DNA of 64,000 nucleotides from Candidatus Methylomirabilota bacterium (GTDB lineage Bacteria > Methylomirabilota > Methylomirabilia > Rokubacteriales > CSP1-6). The notes under the pieces are model-generated. The model made no database searches. It was given only the letters and a program-made list of their open reading frames with translations, and had not been told where the DNA came from. The DNA is taken from positions 1,318 through 65,317 of the forward strand of contig DASRHC010000004.1 in the NCBI GenBank assembly GCA_035650715.1, written 5' to 3'. Shown one piece after another: positions 27,159-36,714 of the stretch. Positions within the stretch are counted from its first letter, which is position 1, and each line of letters begins with the position of its first letter. The position numbers and the translations under genes are program-made.

Positions 27159-28132
27159 CGCAGCAGCGCCGCCCCCCACGTGAAGCCGCCTCCGAAGGCG
27201 GCGAGCAGCACGAGGTCGTTCGGCTTGATGCGGCCGGACGACCACGCCTCCTCCAGCGCCACGTAGACCGAGGCGGCCCCGGTGTTGCCGTAGCGCTCCA
27301 CGTTGATCATCACCTTCTCCATCGGGACCTGCAGCCGCTTCACCGCGGCCTCGATGATGCGCAGGTTCGCCTGGTGGGGCACGAAGAGGTCCAGGTCGGC
27401 GGCGGTGAAGCCGTTGTTCTTCAGGATCCGCTCCGCGCACTCGCCGAACATGCGCACCGCCACCTTGAAGACCTCGTTGCCCTTCATCTTCGCGTAGTGC
27501 AAACGCTGATCGACCGTCTCGTGGGTGGCCGGGCGGAGCGCGCCGCCCGCCGGCATGATCAGCAGCTCGCCGTAGCGGCCGTCCGAGTAGAGATCGGTGT
27601 CGATGATCCCGGAGTCGTCCGCGGCCGGCCGGAGCACCGCCGCCCCCGCCGCGTCCGCGAGCAGGATGCAGGTGCCGCGGTCGGTGAAGTCGGTGATGCG
27701 CGAGAGGCACTCCGAGCCGATGCAGAGCACGGTGCGGTACTTGCCGGTCTGGATGTACTGGGCCCCGATCGACAGGCTGTACACCGAGCCCGAGCAGGCC
27801 GCGTAGATGTCGACCGAGCCCGCATTGCGGCAGCCCAGGCGATGCTGCACCAGGTTCGCGGTGGTGGGGAAGTGCATGTCCCCCGCGGTGGTCCCGACCA
27901 CGATGAAGTCGATCTCCTCGGGCGCCACCTGCGCCCGCTCCATCGCCTGCTGGGCGGCCCGGATCGCCAGGTCCGAGGGCCCCTCCCCGTCCTCCACGAG
28001 GTGCCGCTGGCGGATGCCGGTGCGCTGGACGATCCACTCGTCGGAGGTGTCGACCATCTTCTCGAGGTCCTGGTTCGTGAGGATGCGCTTGGGCGCGTAG
28101 GCCCCGATGCCGACGATGCGGGCGCGACTCAT
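27152..28132 (-). CDS. fabH: 3-oxoacyl-ACP synthase III
   Basis: 'TSDEWIVQRTGIRQRH', 'AACSGSVYSL', 'HQANLRI'. ATGA overlap with the plsX stop. Confidence 0.9.
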   Translation of the reverse strand: MSRARIVGIGAYAPKRILTNQDLEKMVDTSDEWIVQRTGIRQRHLVEDGEGPSDLAIRAAQQAMERAQVAPEEIDFIVVGTTAGDMHFPTTANLVQHRLGCRNAGSVDIYAACSGSVYSLSIGAQYIQTGKYRTVLCIGSECLSRITDFTDRGTCILLADAAGAAVLRPAADDSGIIDTDLYSDGRYGELLIMPAGGALRPATHETVDQRLHYAKMKGNEVFKVAVRMFGECAERILKNNGFTAADLDLFVPHQANLRIIEAAVKRLQVPMEKVMINVERYGNTGAASVYVALEEAWSSGRIKPNDLVLLAAFGGGFTWGAALLRW

Positions 28133-29154
28133 TCCCGGCCTCCCTCCCGACCCTCGGCGAGAACGGCCTCCGCCTCGAGCGCGGTCTTGATGTGCTGGTT
28201 CACGTCGTTGCGAACCCATTCGGCGGCCACCCGCACCGCGTTCTTGATCGCCTTCACCGGCGAGGCGCCGTGACAGATGATGGCGGCCCCGTTCATCCCC
28301 AGAAGGGGGGCGCCCCCCATCTCGGTATAGTCGACCCGGCGCTTGAGGCGCGCAAAGGCGCGCTTGGAGAGCGCCGCGCCCGCCACCGAGAGGAGGTCGC
28401 GCGAGAGCTCCTCCCGGATCATCGCGGTGAGCATCTCGGCCAGGCTCTCCGAGACCTTCAGGCACACGTTGCCGGTGAACCCGTCGGTCACCACCACGTC
28501 GCAGCGGCCGTTGTAGATGTCGCGCCCCTCGATGTTCCCGATGAAGTTGAGCGAGGAGCCCCGCAGATCCTCGAAGGCGTCCTTGGTGAGGTCGGTGCCC
28601 TTGCCCTCCTCCTCGCCCACCGAGAGGAGCCCCACCCGCGGGTTGTCCTTGCCCACGATGTGGCGGGAGTACACGTGGCCCATGACCGCGAACTGGAAGA
28701 GCTGGCGCGGCTTGGGGTCGACGTTGGCCCCCGCGTCGATCAGCACGGTGTAGCCGGACAGGCTCGGCAGCGGCGCCGCGATCGCGGGCCGGTCGACGCC
28801 GGGGAGCACGCCCAGCACGAACATGCTGATGGCCATCGCGGCGCCGGTGTTGCCCGCGGAGACGAGCGCGCCGCACTCCCCGTCCTTCACGAGCTCGGCG
28901 GCCACCCGCAGGGACGAGTCGCGCTTGCGGCGCAGCGCCTGCGAGGGAGCCTCCGCCATGCCGACCACCTGGGAGGCGTGGCGCACCGTGACCGGGAGGT
29001 CCTGCGCCCGGAGCCGCGCGATCTCGCGCTCGATGGCGGCCCGGTCGCCCACCAGGACCGTCGGCAGCCCGAACTCCCGGCACGCGGCCACCGCGCCCTC
29101 GACCACGACCGCGGGGCCGAAGTCGCCTCCCATGGCGTCCACCGCGATCTTCAT
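28129..29154 (-). CDS. plsX: Phosphate acyltransferase PlsX
   Basis: 'MKIAVDAMGGDFGP' N-terminus. 341 aa. Confidence 0.9.
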   Translation of the reverse strand: MKIAVDAMGGDFGPAVVVEGAVAACREFGLPTVLVGDRAAIEREIARLRAQDLPVTVRHASQVVGMAEAPSQALRRKRDSSLRVAAELVKDGECGALVSAGNTGAAMAISMFVLGVLPGVDRPAIAAPLPSLSGYTVLIDAGANVDPKPRQLFQFAVMGHVYSRHIVGKDNPRVGLLSVGEEEGKGTDLTKDAFEDLRGSSLNFIGNIEGRDIYNGRCDVVVTDGFTGNVCLKVSESLAEMLTAMIREELSRDLLSVAGAALSKRAFARLKRRVDYTEMGGAPLLGMNGAAIICHGASPVKAIKNAVRVAAEWVRNDVNQHIKTALEAEAVLAEGREGGRE

Positions 29155-29195
29155 GGCGCCGATCTTATGGCACGGATCGGTCTAGCCGGAAAGAA

Positions 29196-29378
29196 CTATT
29201 CCCCTTCCACCGAGATGACTTCGCGGCCCTTGTAGAAGCCGCAATGCGGGCAGATGTGGTGGGGCGGCTTCACCTCGCGGCACTGCGGGCAGAGCGACCG
29301 GGTCGGGGCGACCATCTTGTAGTGCGTGCGGCGCTTGCGGCCCCGTGTCTTGGAATGGCGTCGCTTGGGAAGGGGCAT
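29196..29378 (-). CDS. rpmF: 50S ribosomal protein L32
   Basis: 'MPLPKRRHSKTRGRKRRTHYK...CPQC...CPHCG'. 60 aa from the internal ATG. Confidence 0.9.
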   Translation of the reverse strand: MPLPKRRHSKTRGRKRRTHYKMVAPTRSLCPQCREVKPPHHICPHCGFYKGREVISVEGE

Positions 29379-29386
29379 CGGGTCTC

Positions 29387-29896
29387 CTATCGCGCCCGCT
29401 CGGCCCAGGCCTTGAGGGCCGCCCAGCGCGGGTCGGGCACGTGCGTCTCGCACGCGCACGGGGTCACGTTGCGGTTGCCGCCGCACACCGGGCAGAGGCC
29501 CCGGCAGTCCTCCCGGCAGAGAGGCTTCATGGGCAGCGCCAGGGTCGTCTCGGTCTCGAGCAGCGTGGTGAGGTCGAGCTGGCCGTTCTGGTAGACGTCG
29601 GTCTCGAGGTCATCGGCTCCGAGCTCCCGCTCCTCTCCCCGGGTGGCCGGGCTGGGAACGAAGCGGGCATCGACGCTCGGGTGCACGGTCACCGTGTAGG
29701 GCTCGAGGCACCGGCCGCAGATGAGCGGCACGTGGGCCTCGACGTCCCCCCGCACGAAGACGACGTCCCCGTCCTTCTCCACGACGAGCGACAGCCCGTC
29801 GAGGGTCCAGGTGCTGTCCTCGAAGGGGTGCGGGAAGTCCGCGACCCCGTCGATGCGCAGACCCTCGTCGGGGATCTCGGCAATCTGGATGAGCAC
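29387..29896 (-). CDS. yceD: YceD/DUF177 family protein (large-subunit rRNA accumulation protein)
   Basis: Conserved position upstream of rpmF-plsX. C-terminal '[13 protein letters not shown]' motif. Confidence 0.8.
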   Translation of the reverse strand: MLIQIAEIPDEGLRIDGVADFPHPFEDSTWTLDGLSLVVEKDGDVVFVRGDVEAHVPLICGRCLEPYTVTVHPSVDARFVPSPATRGEERELGADDLETDVYQNGQLDLTTLLETETTLALPMKPLCREDCRGLCPVCGGNRNVTPCACETHVPDPRWAALKAWAERAR

Positions 29897-29949
29897 AGTC
29901 GTGGACTCCTAACGTTGTGTCAACTAAGGCGTTTTCTCGAAACCGCGTC

Positions 29950-29978
29950 AGTATAAGCGCGGGGGTACCCCTTGTCAA
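29950..29978 (-). promoter_or_regulatory. Near-consensus sigma70 promoter for the yceD-rpmF-plsX-fab operon (TTGACA-17-TATACT)
   Basis: Read on the minus strand. About 47 nt of 5'UTR with AGGAG before the GTG at 29896. Confidence 0.5.
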
Positions 29979-30006
29979 CCTAATTGCCCGTCAATACGGG
30001 CGTTGC

Positions 30007-30035
30007 TTGACGGTCCGGGGGTCGACTGCTACGCT
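30007..30035 (+). promoter_or_regulatory. Candidate promoter for htpX (TTGACG-17-TACGCT)
   Basis: Hexamers in the divergent intergenic region. GGGAGG Shine-Dalgarno follows before the ATG at 30058. Confidence 0.3.
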
Positions 30036-30057
30036 TCGACCGGGAGGCGGCGAATCC

Positions 30058-30921
30058 ATGGGCAACCTCGTGAAAACCGGTGTCTTGCTGGCGGCGCTGA
30101 CGATGCTGCTCGTGCTCATCGGCGGGGCGCTCGGTGGGCAGCACGGCATGCTCCTGGCCTTCGTCATGGCCATGGTCATGAACCTGGGCAGCTACTGGTT
30201 CTCCGACAAGATCGTGCTGGCCATGTACGGGGCCCGGCCGGTCGACGAGGCCCAGGCGCCCGGCCTCTACCGCATCGTCCGCACCCTGGCCACCCGGGCG
30301 GGCATCCCGATGCCCAGGATCTACATCCTCCCGCAGGAGACGCCCAACGCCTTCGCCACCGGCCGGAACCCGCAGCACGCCGCGGTCGCGGTGACCGAGG
30401 GCATCCTCCGGGTGATGAGCGAGGACGAGCTCGAGGGGGTCCTGGCCCACGAGCTCTCCCACGTGCAGAACCGCGACACCCTGATCATGGCCATCGCGGC
30501 CACCCTGGCCGGCGCCATCACCTACATCGCGCACATGGCGCAGTGGGCGATGATCTTCGGCGGCGGCCGCCGCGACAGCGACGAGGAGGGCGCGGGCGGG
30601 GTTCTGGGCGGCCTCCTCATGATCGTGCTGGCGCCCCTGGCCGCGACGCTCATCCAGCTCGCGGTCTCGCGCTCCCGCGAGTTCCAGGCCGACGCCAGCG
30701 GGGCCAGGATGGCCGGGCAGCCGTGGGGCCTGGCCAAGGCGCTCGAGAAGCTCGAGATGGCCTCGAAGATGGCACCCATGGCCGCGACCCCGGCGACCGC
30801 GCACCTGTTCATCGTCAACCCGCTGAGCGGCAGCGGGTTCGCGACCCTGTTCTCCACGCATCCGCCCATCGCGGAGCGGGTGGCGCGCCTGCGCGCCATG
30901 GCCTCGTCCCGGGCCAGGTAG
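30058..30921 (+). CDS. htpX: Zinc metalloprotease HtpX (peptidase M48)
   Basis: '[10 protein letters not shown]' HExxH and TM-rich N-terminus. ATG preceded by GGGAGG. Confidence 0.9.
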   Translation: MGNLVKTGVLLAALTMLLVLIGGALGGQHGMLLAFVMAMVMNLGSYWFSDKIVLAMYGARPVDEAQAPGLYRIVRTLATRAGIPMPRIYILPQETPNAFATGRNPQHAAVAVTEGILRVMSEDELEGVLAHELSHVQNRDTLIMAIAATLAGAITYIAHMAQWAMIFGGGRRDSDEEGAGGVLGGLLMIVLAPLAATLIQLAVSRSREFQADASGARMAGQPWGLAKALEKLEMASKMAPMAATPATAHLFIVNPLSGSGFATLFSTHPPIAERVARLRAMASSRAR

Positions 30922-30963
30922 CCCGATCGTCGAGCCGCTCGACCGCAGCACGGGCAGAGCCCC

Positions 30964-30993
30964 GGGGAGACGGGCGACCGTCTCCCCCTTTTC
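30964..30993 (+). terminator. Intrinsic terminator after htpX
   Basis: Stem GGGGAGACGG / CCGTCTCCCC, loop GCGA, then CTTTTC. Confidence 0.6.
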
Positions 30994-30999
30994 ACGACG

Positions 31000-31713
31000 A
31001 TGATCGCGGCGCAGGACCTGCGCAAGGCGTTCGGCCCCACCCTCGTGCTCGACGGCGTGTCGCTCGCGCTCCCGCGGGGCCGGTGCCTGGCCGTGCTGGG
31101 CCCCAACGGAGCGGGCAAGACGACCCTGCTCCGCCTGCTCGCCACCCTGCAGCGCCCGACCTCCGGCACCGTCACCATCGACGGCGTCGACGCGGTCCGG
31201 GAGCCGGATCGCGTGCGCCCACTCCTGGGCGTGGTGGCCCACGGCTCCTATGTCTACGAGGACCTGACCGCGCGGGAGAACCTGCGCTTCTGGGAGACCC
31301 TCCGCGGCGGCGATCCGTCCGCCGCGCGGGTGGCCGCCGCGCTCGCCCAGGTCGAGCTGGACGCCGTCGCCGACGAGCGCGTGCGCACGTTCTCGGCCGG
31401 CATGAAGCGCCGCCTCGGGCTGGCCCGCGTGCTCCTGGCCGAGGCGCGCCTGCTGCTGCTCGACGAGCCGTTCACCGGCCTGGACCGGCGCGGCCAGAAG
31501 TGGGTGAACGAGTTCCTGCTCGCGTTCAAGGCGGGCGGCGGCACCGCGGTGGTCGCCACGCACAGCCTGGGCGGAAGCCTCGCGGTGGCGGACCGGATCG
31601 CGATTCTCGCCCAGGGACGCCTCGTGCTGGACCGGCCGGCGACCGACCTCTCGCCGGAGGCGCTCCACCGGCTCTACGAGAGCCTCACCGAGGGAGCGGA
31701 GGCCGCGCCGTGA
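31000..31713 (+). CDS. ccmA: Heme exporter ATP-binding protein CcmA
   Basis: Walker A 'GPNGAGKTT', signature 'FSAGMKRRL', Walker B 'LLLLDEP'. First gene of the ccm string. Confidence 0.85.
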   Translation: MIAAQDLRKAFGPTLVLDGVSLALPRGRCLAVLGPNGAGKTTLLRLLATLQRPTSGTVTIDGVDAVREPDRVRPLLGVVAHGSYVYEDLTARENLRFWETLRGGDPSAARVAAALAQVELDAVADERVRTFSAGMKRRLGLARVLLAEARLLLLDEPFTGLDRRGQKWVNEFLLAFKAGGGTAVVATHSLGGSLAVADRIAILAQGRLVLDRPATDLSPEALHRLYESLTEGAEAAP

Positions 31714-32387
31714 CCTACGCCCGGCGCGCCTGGATCGTGCTGCAGAAGGACCTCCTCATCGAGCGGCGCTCCAAGGAGCAGACGAACGCTCTGCTCTTCT
31801 TCTGCCTGCTGCTCCTGTTCCTCTTCCAGTTCGCCCTCGGTCCCGATCGCGAGCGCTTGACCGCCGCGCTCCCGGGCTTGCTCTGGCTCGGCTTCATCCT
31901 GGCCGGTCTGCTCGGGCTCGGCCGCAGCTTCCTCGCCGAGCGCGAGAACGACTGCTGGGAGGGCCTGCGGCTCACCCCGGGCGACAAGTCCGCCATCTAC
32001 CTCGGCAAGCTCGCGGGCAACTGCGTGCTGATGGCCGCGGTGGAGGTGGTGCTGGTGGTACTCTTCGGGGTGTTCTACGACGTGGATCTCTGGACGCCCG
32101 CGGCTCCGCTGGCCCTCGTGCTGGCGCTCGGCACCCTCGGACTCGCCTCGGTCGGCACGCTCTTCGCGGCCATGACCTCGCAGGCGCGCGCCCGGGAGCT
32201 CCTGTTCCCGGTCCTGCTCCTGCCGGTGCAGGTCCCGGTGCTGCTGGCCACCGTGAGCGCGACGCAGGCGTTGCTGCTGGGCCAGCCGCTGGCCGACGTT
32301 GCCCACTGGCTCAAGCTGCTCGCGGGGGCGGACTGCGTGTACGTGACGATCGGGGTCCTGACGTTCGAGTTCGTGCTGGAAGGCTGA
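31710..32387 (+). CDS. ccmB: Heme exporter membrane protein CcmB
   Basis: GTGA overlap with ccmA. 225-aa polytopic protein in the ccm context. Confidence 0.85.
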   Translation: MTYARRAWIVLQKDLLIERRSKEQTNALLFFCLLLLFLFQFALGPDRERLTAALPGLLWLGFILAGLLGLGRSFLAERENDCWEGLRLTPGDKSAIYLGKLAGNCVLMAAVEVVLVVLFGVFYDVDLWTPAAPLALVLALGTLGLASVGTLFAAMTSQARARELLFPVLLLPVQVPVLLATVSATQALLLGQPLADVAHWLKLLAGADCVYVTIGVLTFEFVLEG

Positions 32388-32400
32388 GGCAGAGAGAGAC

Positions 32401-33042
32401 GTGATCACGCGGGTGCTCGGCTGGCTGGCCGCGCTGGGGCTGCTGGCCGGACTGGCGGCGGGCTTCGGCTACGCGCCGCCGGAAGCGGTGCAGGGTAACG
32501 TGCAGCGCATCATGTACCTGCACGTGCCCTCGATCCTCACCGCCTACCTCGCCTTCGGCCTGGTGCTGATCGGCAGCATCGCCTACCTCGCCACCCGCCG
32601 CCCCCGCTGGGACCGGCTCGCGAGCGCGTCGGCGGAGCTCGGGGTGCTGTTCACCGCGGTCACGATCGTGTCGGGCTCGATCTGGGGCAAGCCCACCTGG
32701 GGCACCTGGTGGACGTGGGACGCCCGCCTCACCTCCACCGCCATCCTGCTGCTGGTCTACGTCGGGTACCTGATGCTGCGCGGCCTCGTCGACGACCGGG
32801 AGGCGCGCGGACGCTACGCGGCGGTGGTCGGGATCCTGGCCACGGTCAACATCCCGATCGTGCACTTCTCGGTGAAGTGGTGGCGGGCCCTGCACCAGCC
32901 CTCCACGATCCTGGGGCCCGAGCCCTCGCCGATCGATCCGGCCATCGGGCTCGCCCTGTTCGTCAACTGGCTCGCCTTCACCCTGCTGTTCGCCTACTTC
33001 CTGTCGCGGCGGATCGAGATCGCCCGGCTCGAGGAGTCCTGA
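32401..33042 (+). CDS. ccmC: Heme exporter protein CcmC
   Basis: Trp-rich motif 'WGKPTWGTWWTWDARL'. Confidence 0.9.
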   Translation: MITRVLGWLAALGLLAGLAAGFGYAPPEAVQGNVQRIMYLHVPSILTAYLAFGLVLIGSIAYLATRRPRWDRLASASAELGVLFTAVTIVSGSIWGKPTWGTWWTWDARLTSTAILLLVYVGYLMLRGLVDDREARGRYAAVVGILATVNIPIVHFSVKWWRALHQPSTILGPEPSPIDPAIGLALFVNWLAFTLLFAYFLSRRIEIARLEES

Positions 33043-33197
33043 TGCCGGCCAACTGGGGCTACGTGATCGCCGCCTACGGCATCGCCGCGGTGGCGCTGTT
33101 CGGCTACTGGCGCCACCTCGCGCGGCGGGCCCGCGCCCTCACCGCGCGGCCGCGCGCGGCGGTACCGCAGCGGACGACACCAAGGACGACGTCGTGA
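33042..33197 (+). CDS. ccmD: Heme exporter protein CcmD (small single-TM)
   Basis: 51 aa 'NWGYVIAAYGIAAVALFGYW'. 1-nt overlap with ccmC and GTGA overlap with ccmE. Confidence 0.6.
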   Translation: MPANWGYVIAAYGIAAVALFGYWRHLARRARALTARPRAAVPQRTTPRTTS

Positions 33198-33637
33198 CCC
33201 GCAAGCGCCGGTTCCTCATCGGCGGCCTCGTGATCGTCGCCGCGCTCGCGTACCTCATCTACGCCGGGGTGAGCCAGTCGGTGGTCTACTTCGTCACCCC
33301 GTCCGAGCTGGGGGCCGCGCCGGTCGCGGGCAAGTCGTACCGGCTGGGCGGCATGGTCGTGCCCGGGACGCTCCGGTGGGACGCGAAGAGCCTCGACCTG
33401 CGCTTCACCCTCTCGGACGGCCAGGCCTCGGTGCCGGTGCGACACCGGGGCACGCCGCCCGACCTCTTCGCGGAGAACCGCGGCGCGGTGGTCGAGGGCA
33501 CGTGGAGCCGCGACGGCTACTTCCAGGCCAGCACGATCCTCGCGAAGCACTCCGAGGAGTACAAGGCCCCGCACGACGGCAGCCAGGCCGGCTACAGGGA
33601 GCTGCTCAAGACGCTCCGGGGCGAGGGCAAGCCGTGA
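33194..33637 (+). CDS. ccmE: Cytochrome c-type biogenesis heme chaperone CcmE
   Basis: N-terminal anchor plus 'LAKHSEEY' (heme-binding His context). Confidence 0.85.
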   Translation: MTRKRRFLIGGLVIVAALAYLIYAGVSQSVVYFVTPSELGAAPVAGKSYRLGGMVVPGTLRWDAKSLDLRFTLSDGQASVPVRHRGTPPDLFAENRGAVVEGTWSRDGYFQASTILAKHSEEYKAPHDGSQAGYRELLKTLRGEGKP

Positions 33638-35613
33638 CCCCCGAGCTGGGCTTCGCGGCCACCGTCGCGGCTCTGGTGCTCGCGGTGTACGGCTCGGGCG
33701 CGGCCGCGCTGAGCGGGATGCGCCGGCGCGATGACCTGCGCCGCTCCGCGGAGCGCGCCGCGGTCGGCGTCTTCCTCCTGGTGACCGGCTGCATGCTGCT
33801 GCTGGTGTGGGCCTTCCTCACCTTCGACTTCTCGGTGCGGTACGTCGCGTTCAACACGAGCCTCGGCACGCCCTTCTACTACCGCATCACCGCGCTGTGG
33901 GGCGCGCTCGAGGGCTCGATCATCCTGTGGACGTTCATGCTGTCCGTCTACACCCTGATCGTGATCGCCCGCTACCGGCGCACCCAGCCGCAGCTCTATC
34001 CCTGGGTGCTCGCGGTGATGCTGGGCCTCTCCGCCTTCTTCCTGCTCGTGATGACGGTGCCCGCCCCGCCCTTCCAGCGGCTCTCCCCCGTCCCCGCCGA
34101 CGGCCGCGGCCTCAATCCGCTGCTCGAGGACTCGGGGATGATCACGCATCCGGTGGCGCTCTACCTGGGCTTCACCGGCTTCACGGTGCCGTTCGCGTTC
34201 GCGATGGCCGCGCTCATCGTCGGGCGCACCGGCGAGGAGTGGATCACGATCACCCGGCGCTGGACCATCGTGGCCTGGTACTTCCTCTCCCTCGGCCTCC
34301 TGATCGGCGGCTGGTGGAGCTACCACGTGCTGGGCTGGGGCGGCTACTGGGCGTGGGACCCGGTGGAGAACGCGGCCTTCATGCCGTGGCTCACCGGCAC
34401 CGCGTTCCTGCACTCGGTGATGATCCAGGAGCGGCGGCGGATGCTGAAGCTCTGGAACCTCACCCTGATCATCCTGACCTTCAGCCTCACCCTCTTCGGC
34501 ACCTTCCTCACCCGCTCCGGCATCATCGGCTCGGTGCACGCGTTCAGCCAGGGCTCGGTGGGCCAGTTCTTCCTCGCCTTCCTGGCCCTGGTGGTGCTGG
34601 GTGCCTTCTCGCTCCTGGCCTGGCGGCTCGATCGCCTGAAAGGCCAGGGGGAGCTCGATTCGATCCTCTCGCGCGAGTCCGCCTTCCTCCTGAACAACCT
34701 GTTCCTGGTGGCGGCCGCGTTCACCGTCTTCTTCGGCACCGTGTTTCCCCTGCTCTCGGAGGCGGTGAAGGGCACGAAGGTCAGCGTGGGCGCGCCGTTC
34801 TTCAACCTGGTGAACATCCCCATCTTCCTGACCCTGATCTTCCTCATGGGCGTGGGCCCGCTGATCGCCTGGCGCCGCGCCTCCGCAGAGAACCTGCGGC
34901 GCAACTTCCTGAAGCCGGTGGTGATCGGGGTCGCGGCCGCCGCCGTCTGCCGGCTGCTGGGCGTGGGCAACGCGCTGGTGCTGCTCTGCCTGGGCCTGGT
35001 CGCGTTCGTGGCCGCCACCATCGTGATGGACTTCGCCCGCGCGGTGCGGGCCCGCCGCCGCACCGGCGACGGCTGGCTCGACGCCACCTGGGGTCTGGCC
35101 CTCCGCCAGAACCGTCGCTACGGCGGCTTCGTGGTGCATCTCGGCATCCTGGTCCTGGCCGTGGGGGTGGCGGGCTCCCAGGCCTGGTCCACCCAGACCG
35201 AGGTCACGCTCGCTCGCGGCGAGTCGGCGCAGATCGCGGGCTACACCCTCCGCTTCGACGGCCTCCACGGCGAGGAGGAGTCCAACCACGCCAAGGTGGT
35301 GGGCACCTTCGCGGTCTCGGACGCGCGCGGGCCCTACACCGTGCTGACGCCCGCCAAGAAGTTCTATCCGCAGGAGCAGACGCCGATCGCGGCGGTGGAC
35401 TACCGGCTCGGCTTCCTGGAGGACCTCTACCTGGTGCTGGGCGAGTTCGCCCGCGACGGCTCGCACGCCACCATCAAGGTGCAGGTGAACCGGATGGTGT
35501 CCTGGCTCTGGATGGGCGGGCTCGTGCTGACGCTGGGGGCGGCGCTGGCGATCCTGCCCGAGCCGCGCCGGAAGCCGGCGCCGGCGCGCGCCGGGCAGCC
35601 CGCCACCGCCTGA
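33634..35613 (+). CDS. ccmF: Cytochrome c heme lyase subunit CcmF
   Basis: 659 aa polytopic protein with WWD motif 'GWGGYWAWDPVEN'. GTGA overlap with ccmE. Confidence 0.9.
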   Translation: MTPELGFAATVAALVLAVYGSGAAALSGMRRRDDLRRSAERAAVGVFLLVTGCMLLLVWAFLTFDFSVRYVAFNTSLGTPFYYRITALWGALEGSIILWTFMLSVYTLIVIARYRRTQPQLYPWVLAVMLGLSAFFLLVMTVPAPPFQRLSPVPADGRGLNPLLEDSGMITHPVALYLGFTGFTVPFAFAMAALIVGRTGEEWITITRRWTIVAWYFLSLGLLIGGWWSYHVLGWGGYWAWDPVENAAFMPWLTGTAFLHSVMIQERRRMLKLWNLTLIILTFSLTLFGTFLTRSGIIGSVHAFSQGSVGQFFLAFLALVVLGAFSLLAWRLDRLKGQGELDSILSRESAFLLNNLFLVAAAFTVFFGTVFPLLSEAVKGTKVSVGAPFFNLVNIPIFLTLIFLMGVGPLIAWRRASAENLRRNFLKPVVIGVAAAAVCRLLGVGNALVLLCLGLVAFVAATIVMDFARAVRARRRTGDGWLDATWGLALRQNRRYGGFVVHLGILVLAVGVAGSQAWSTQTEVTLARGESAQIAGYTLRFDGLHGEEESNHAKVVGTFAVSDARGPYTVLTPAKKFYPQEQTPIAAVDYRLGFLEDLYLVLGEFARDGSHATIKVQVNRMVSWLWMGGLVLTLGAALAILPEPRRKPAPARAGQPATA

Positions 35614-35641
35614 TATACGCATGACCGATATACGCATGACC
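35612..35641 (+). repeat. Perfect 15-bp x2 tandem duplication (GATATACGCATGACC) spanning the ccmG start
   Basis: 35612-35626 equals 35627-35641. It creates two in-frame ATGs (35621, 35636). Confidence 0.9.
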
Positions 35642-36175
35642 GGCCCGTCTCGCCTCCTGCGCTGGCTGATCCCGCTGACCGTGGTGCCGGTGCTGGCGCT
35701 GCTCGCCTACGGCTTCCGCACCGACCCGCGGGAGATCCCCTCGCCGCTGGTGGGCAAGCCGGCCTCGCCGTTCACGCTGACCGCGTTCGACGGCACGAGC
35801 CTGTCGCTCGAGGCGCTGCGGGGCCGGGTGGTGGTGCTGAACTTCTGGGCCTCCTGGTGCTATCCCGCCTGCTACGAGGAGGCGCCCAGTCTCGAGCGCG
35901 CCTGGAAGGCCTACAAGGACCGCGGGGTCATGATGGTGGGCGTGAACTACCAGGACAAGGAGGAGCCGGCGCGGCGCTTCCTCTCCCAGTTCGGGCACTC
36001 GTTCCCGAACGCGCCCGACCAGGGCAGCCGCGTCTCGGTGGACTACGGCGTGTACGGCGTGCCCGAGACGTACTTCATCGACCGGAAGGGGCGCGTGCGC
36101 TTCAAGCAGGTGGGTCCGGTCAGCGACGAGCTGCTGAGGGAGCAGATCGAGCGACTGCTCGCGGAGGCCGCGTGA
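35621..36175 (+). CDS. ccmG: Thiol:disulfide oxidoreductase CcmG/DsbE (TlpA-like thioredoxin fold)
   Basis: Membrane anchor plus 'VVLNFWASWCYPAC'. Alternative start at 35636. Confidence 0.8.
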   Translation: MTDIRMTGPSRLLRWLIPLTVVPVLALLAYGFRTDPREIPSPLVGKPASPFTLTAFDGTSLSLEALRGRVVVLNFWASWCYPACYEEAPSLERAWKAYKDRGVMMVGVNYQDKEEPARRFLSQFGHSFPNAPDQGSRVSVDYGVYGVPETYFIDRKGRVRFKQVGPVSDELLREQIERLLAEAA

Positions 36176-36714
36176 GGCCCGCCGGGCTGCTCCTGGCGGT
36201 CGCGCTCGCGCTGGGCCTGCTGGCCCCGCCGCCCGCGGGCGCGCAGCCCGCGGCGCCGGCCTCCCCGGCACCGGGGGTCGCCCCGACGACCGCGCCGGGC
36301 GCGCCCCCGGCGGGCGCGAAGGTCCCGGTCAGCGAGGAGACGGTGCACGAGGTGGCCGCGCAGCTTCGCTGCGTGGTCTGCCAGAGCCTCTCGGTCGCCG
36401 ACTCGCCGTCGGAGATCGCGCACCAGATGAAGGACATCATCCGCGAGCGCCTCGCCGCCGGCGAGAGCCCCGAGCAGGTGCGCGCCTACTTCGTGGAGAA
36501 GTACGGCACCTGGATCCTGCTGGCCCCGCCGCGCGAGGGCTTCAACCTTCTGGTGTGGGTGGTGCCCTTCGTGGGTCTGGGGCTGGGCCTCGTGCTGATC
36601 TTCGTGGTGCTCCGCCGCTGGAGCCGGCGTCCGACCGCGCCCCCGGGGGTGGACCGGATCGATCCGGCGATGCGCGCCCGGATCCGCCGCGAGATGGCGG
36701 AGGACGAGGGATGA
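36172..36714 (+). CDS. ccmH: Cytochrome c-type biogenesis protein CcmH
   Basis: 'LRCVVCQSLSVADS' (LRCxxCQ motif). GTGA overlap with ccmG. Confidence 0.85.
   Translation: MRPAGLLLAVALALGLLAPPPAGAQPAAPASPAPGVAPTTAPGAPPAGAKVPVSEETVHEVAAQLRCVVCQSLSVADSPSEIAHQMKDIIRERLAAGESPEQVRAYFVEKYGTWILLAPPREGFNLLVWVVPFVGLGLGLVLIFVVLRRWSRRPTAPPGVDRIDPAMRARIRREMAEDEG

Noticed and set aside
29911-30012. Four to five GTCA(A/G) motifs in the yceD/htpX divergent region as a possible operator array
   Set aside because: The spacing is irregular (28, 27, 16 nt). Most are explained as -35 hexamers (TTGACA/TTGACG) of the divergent promoters.
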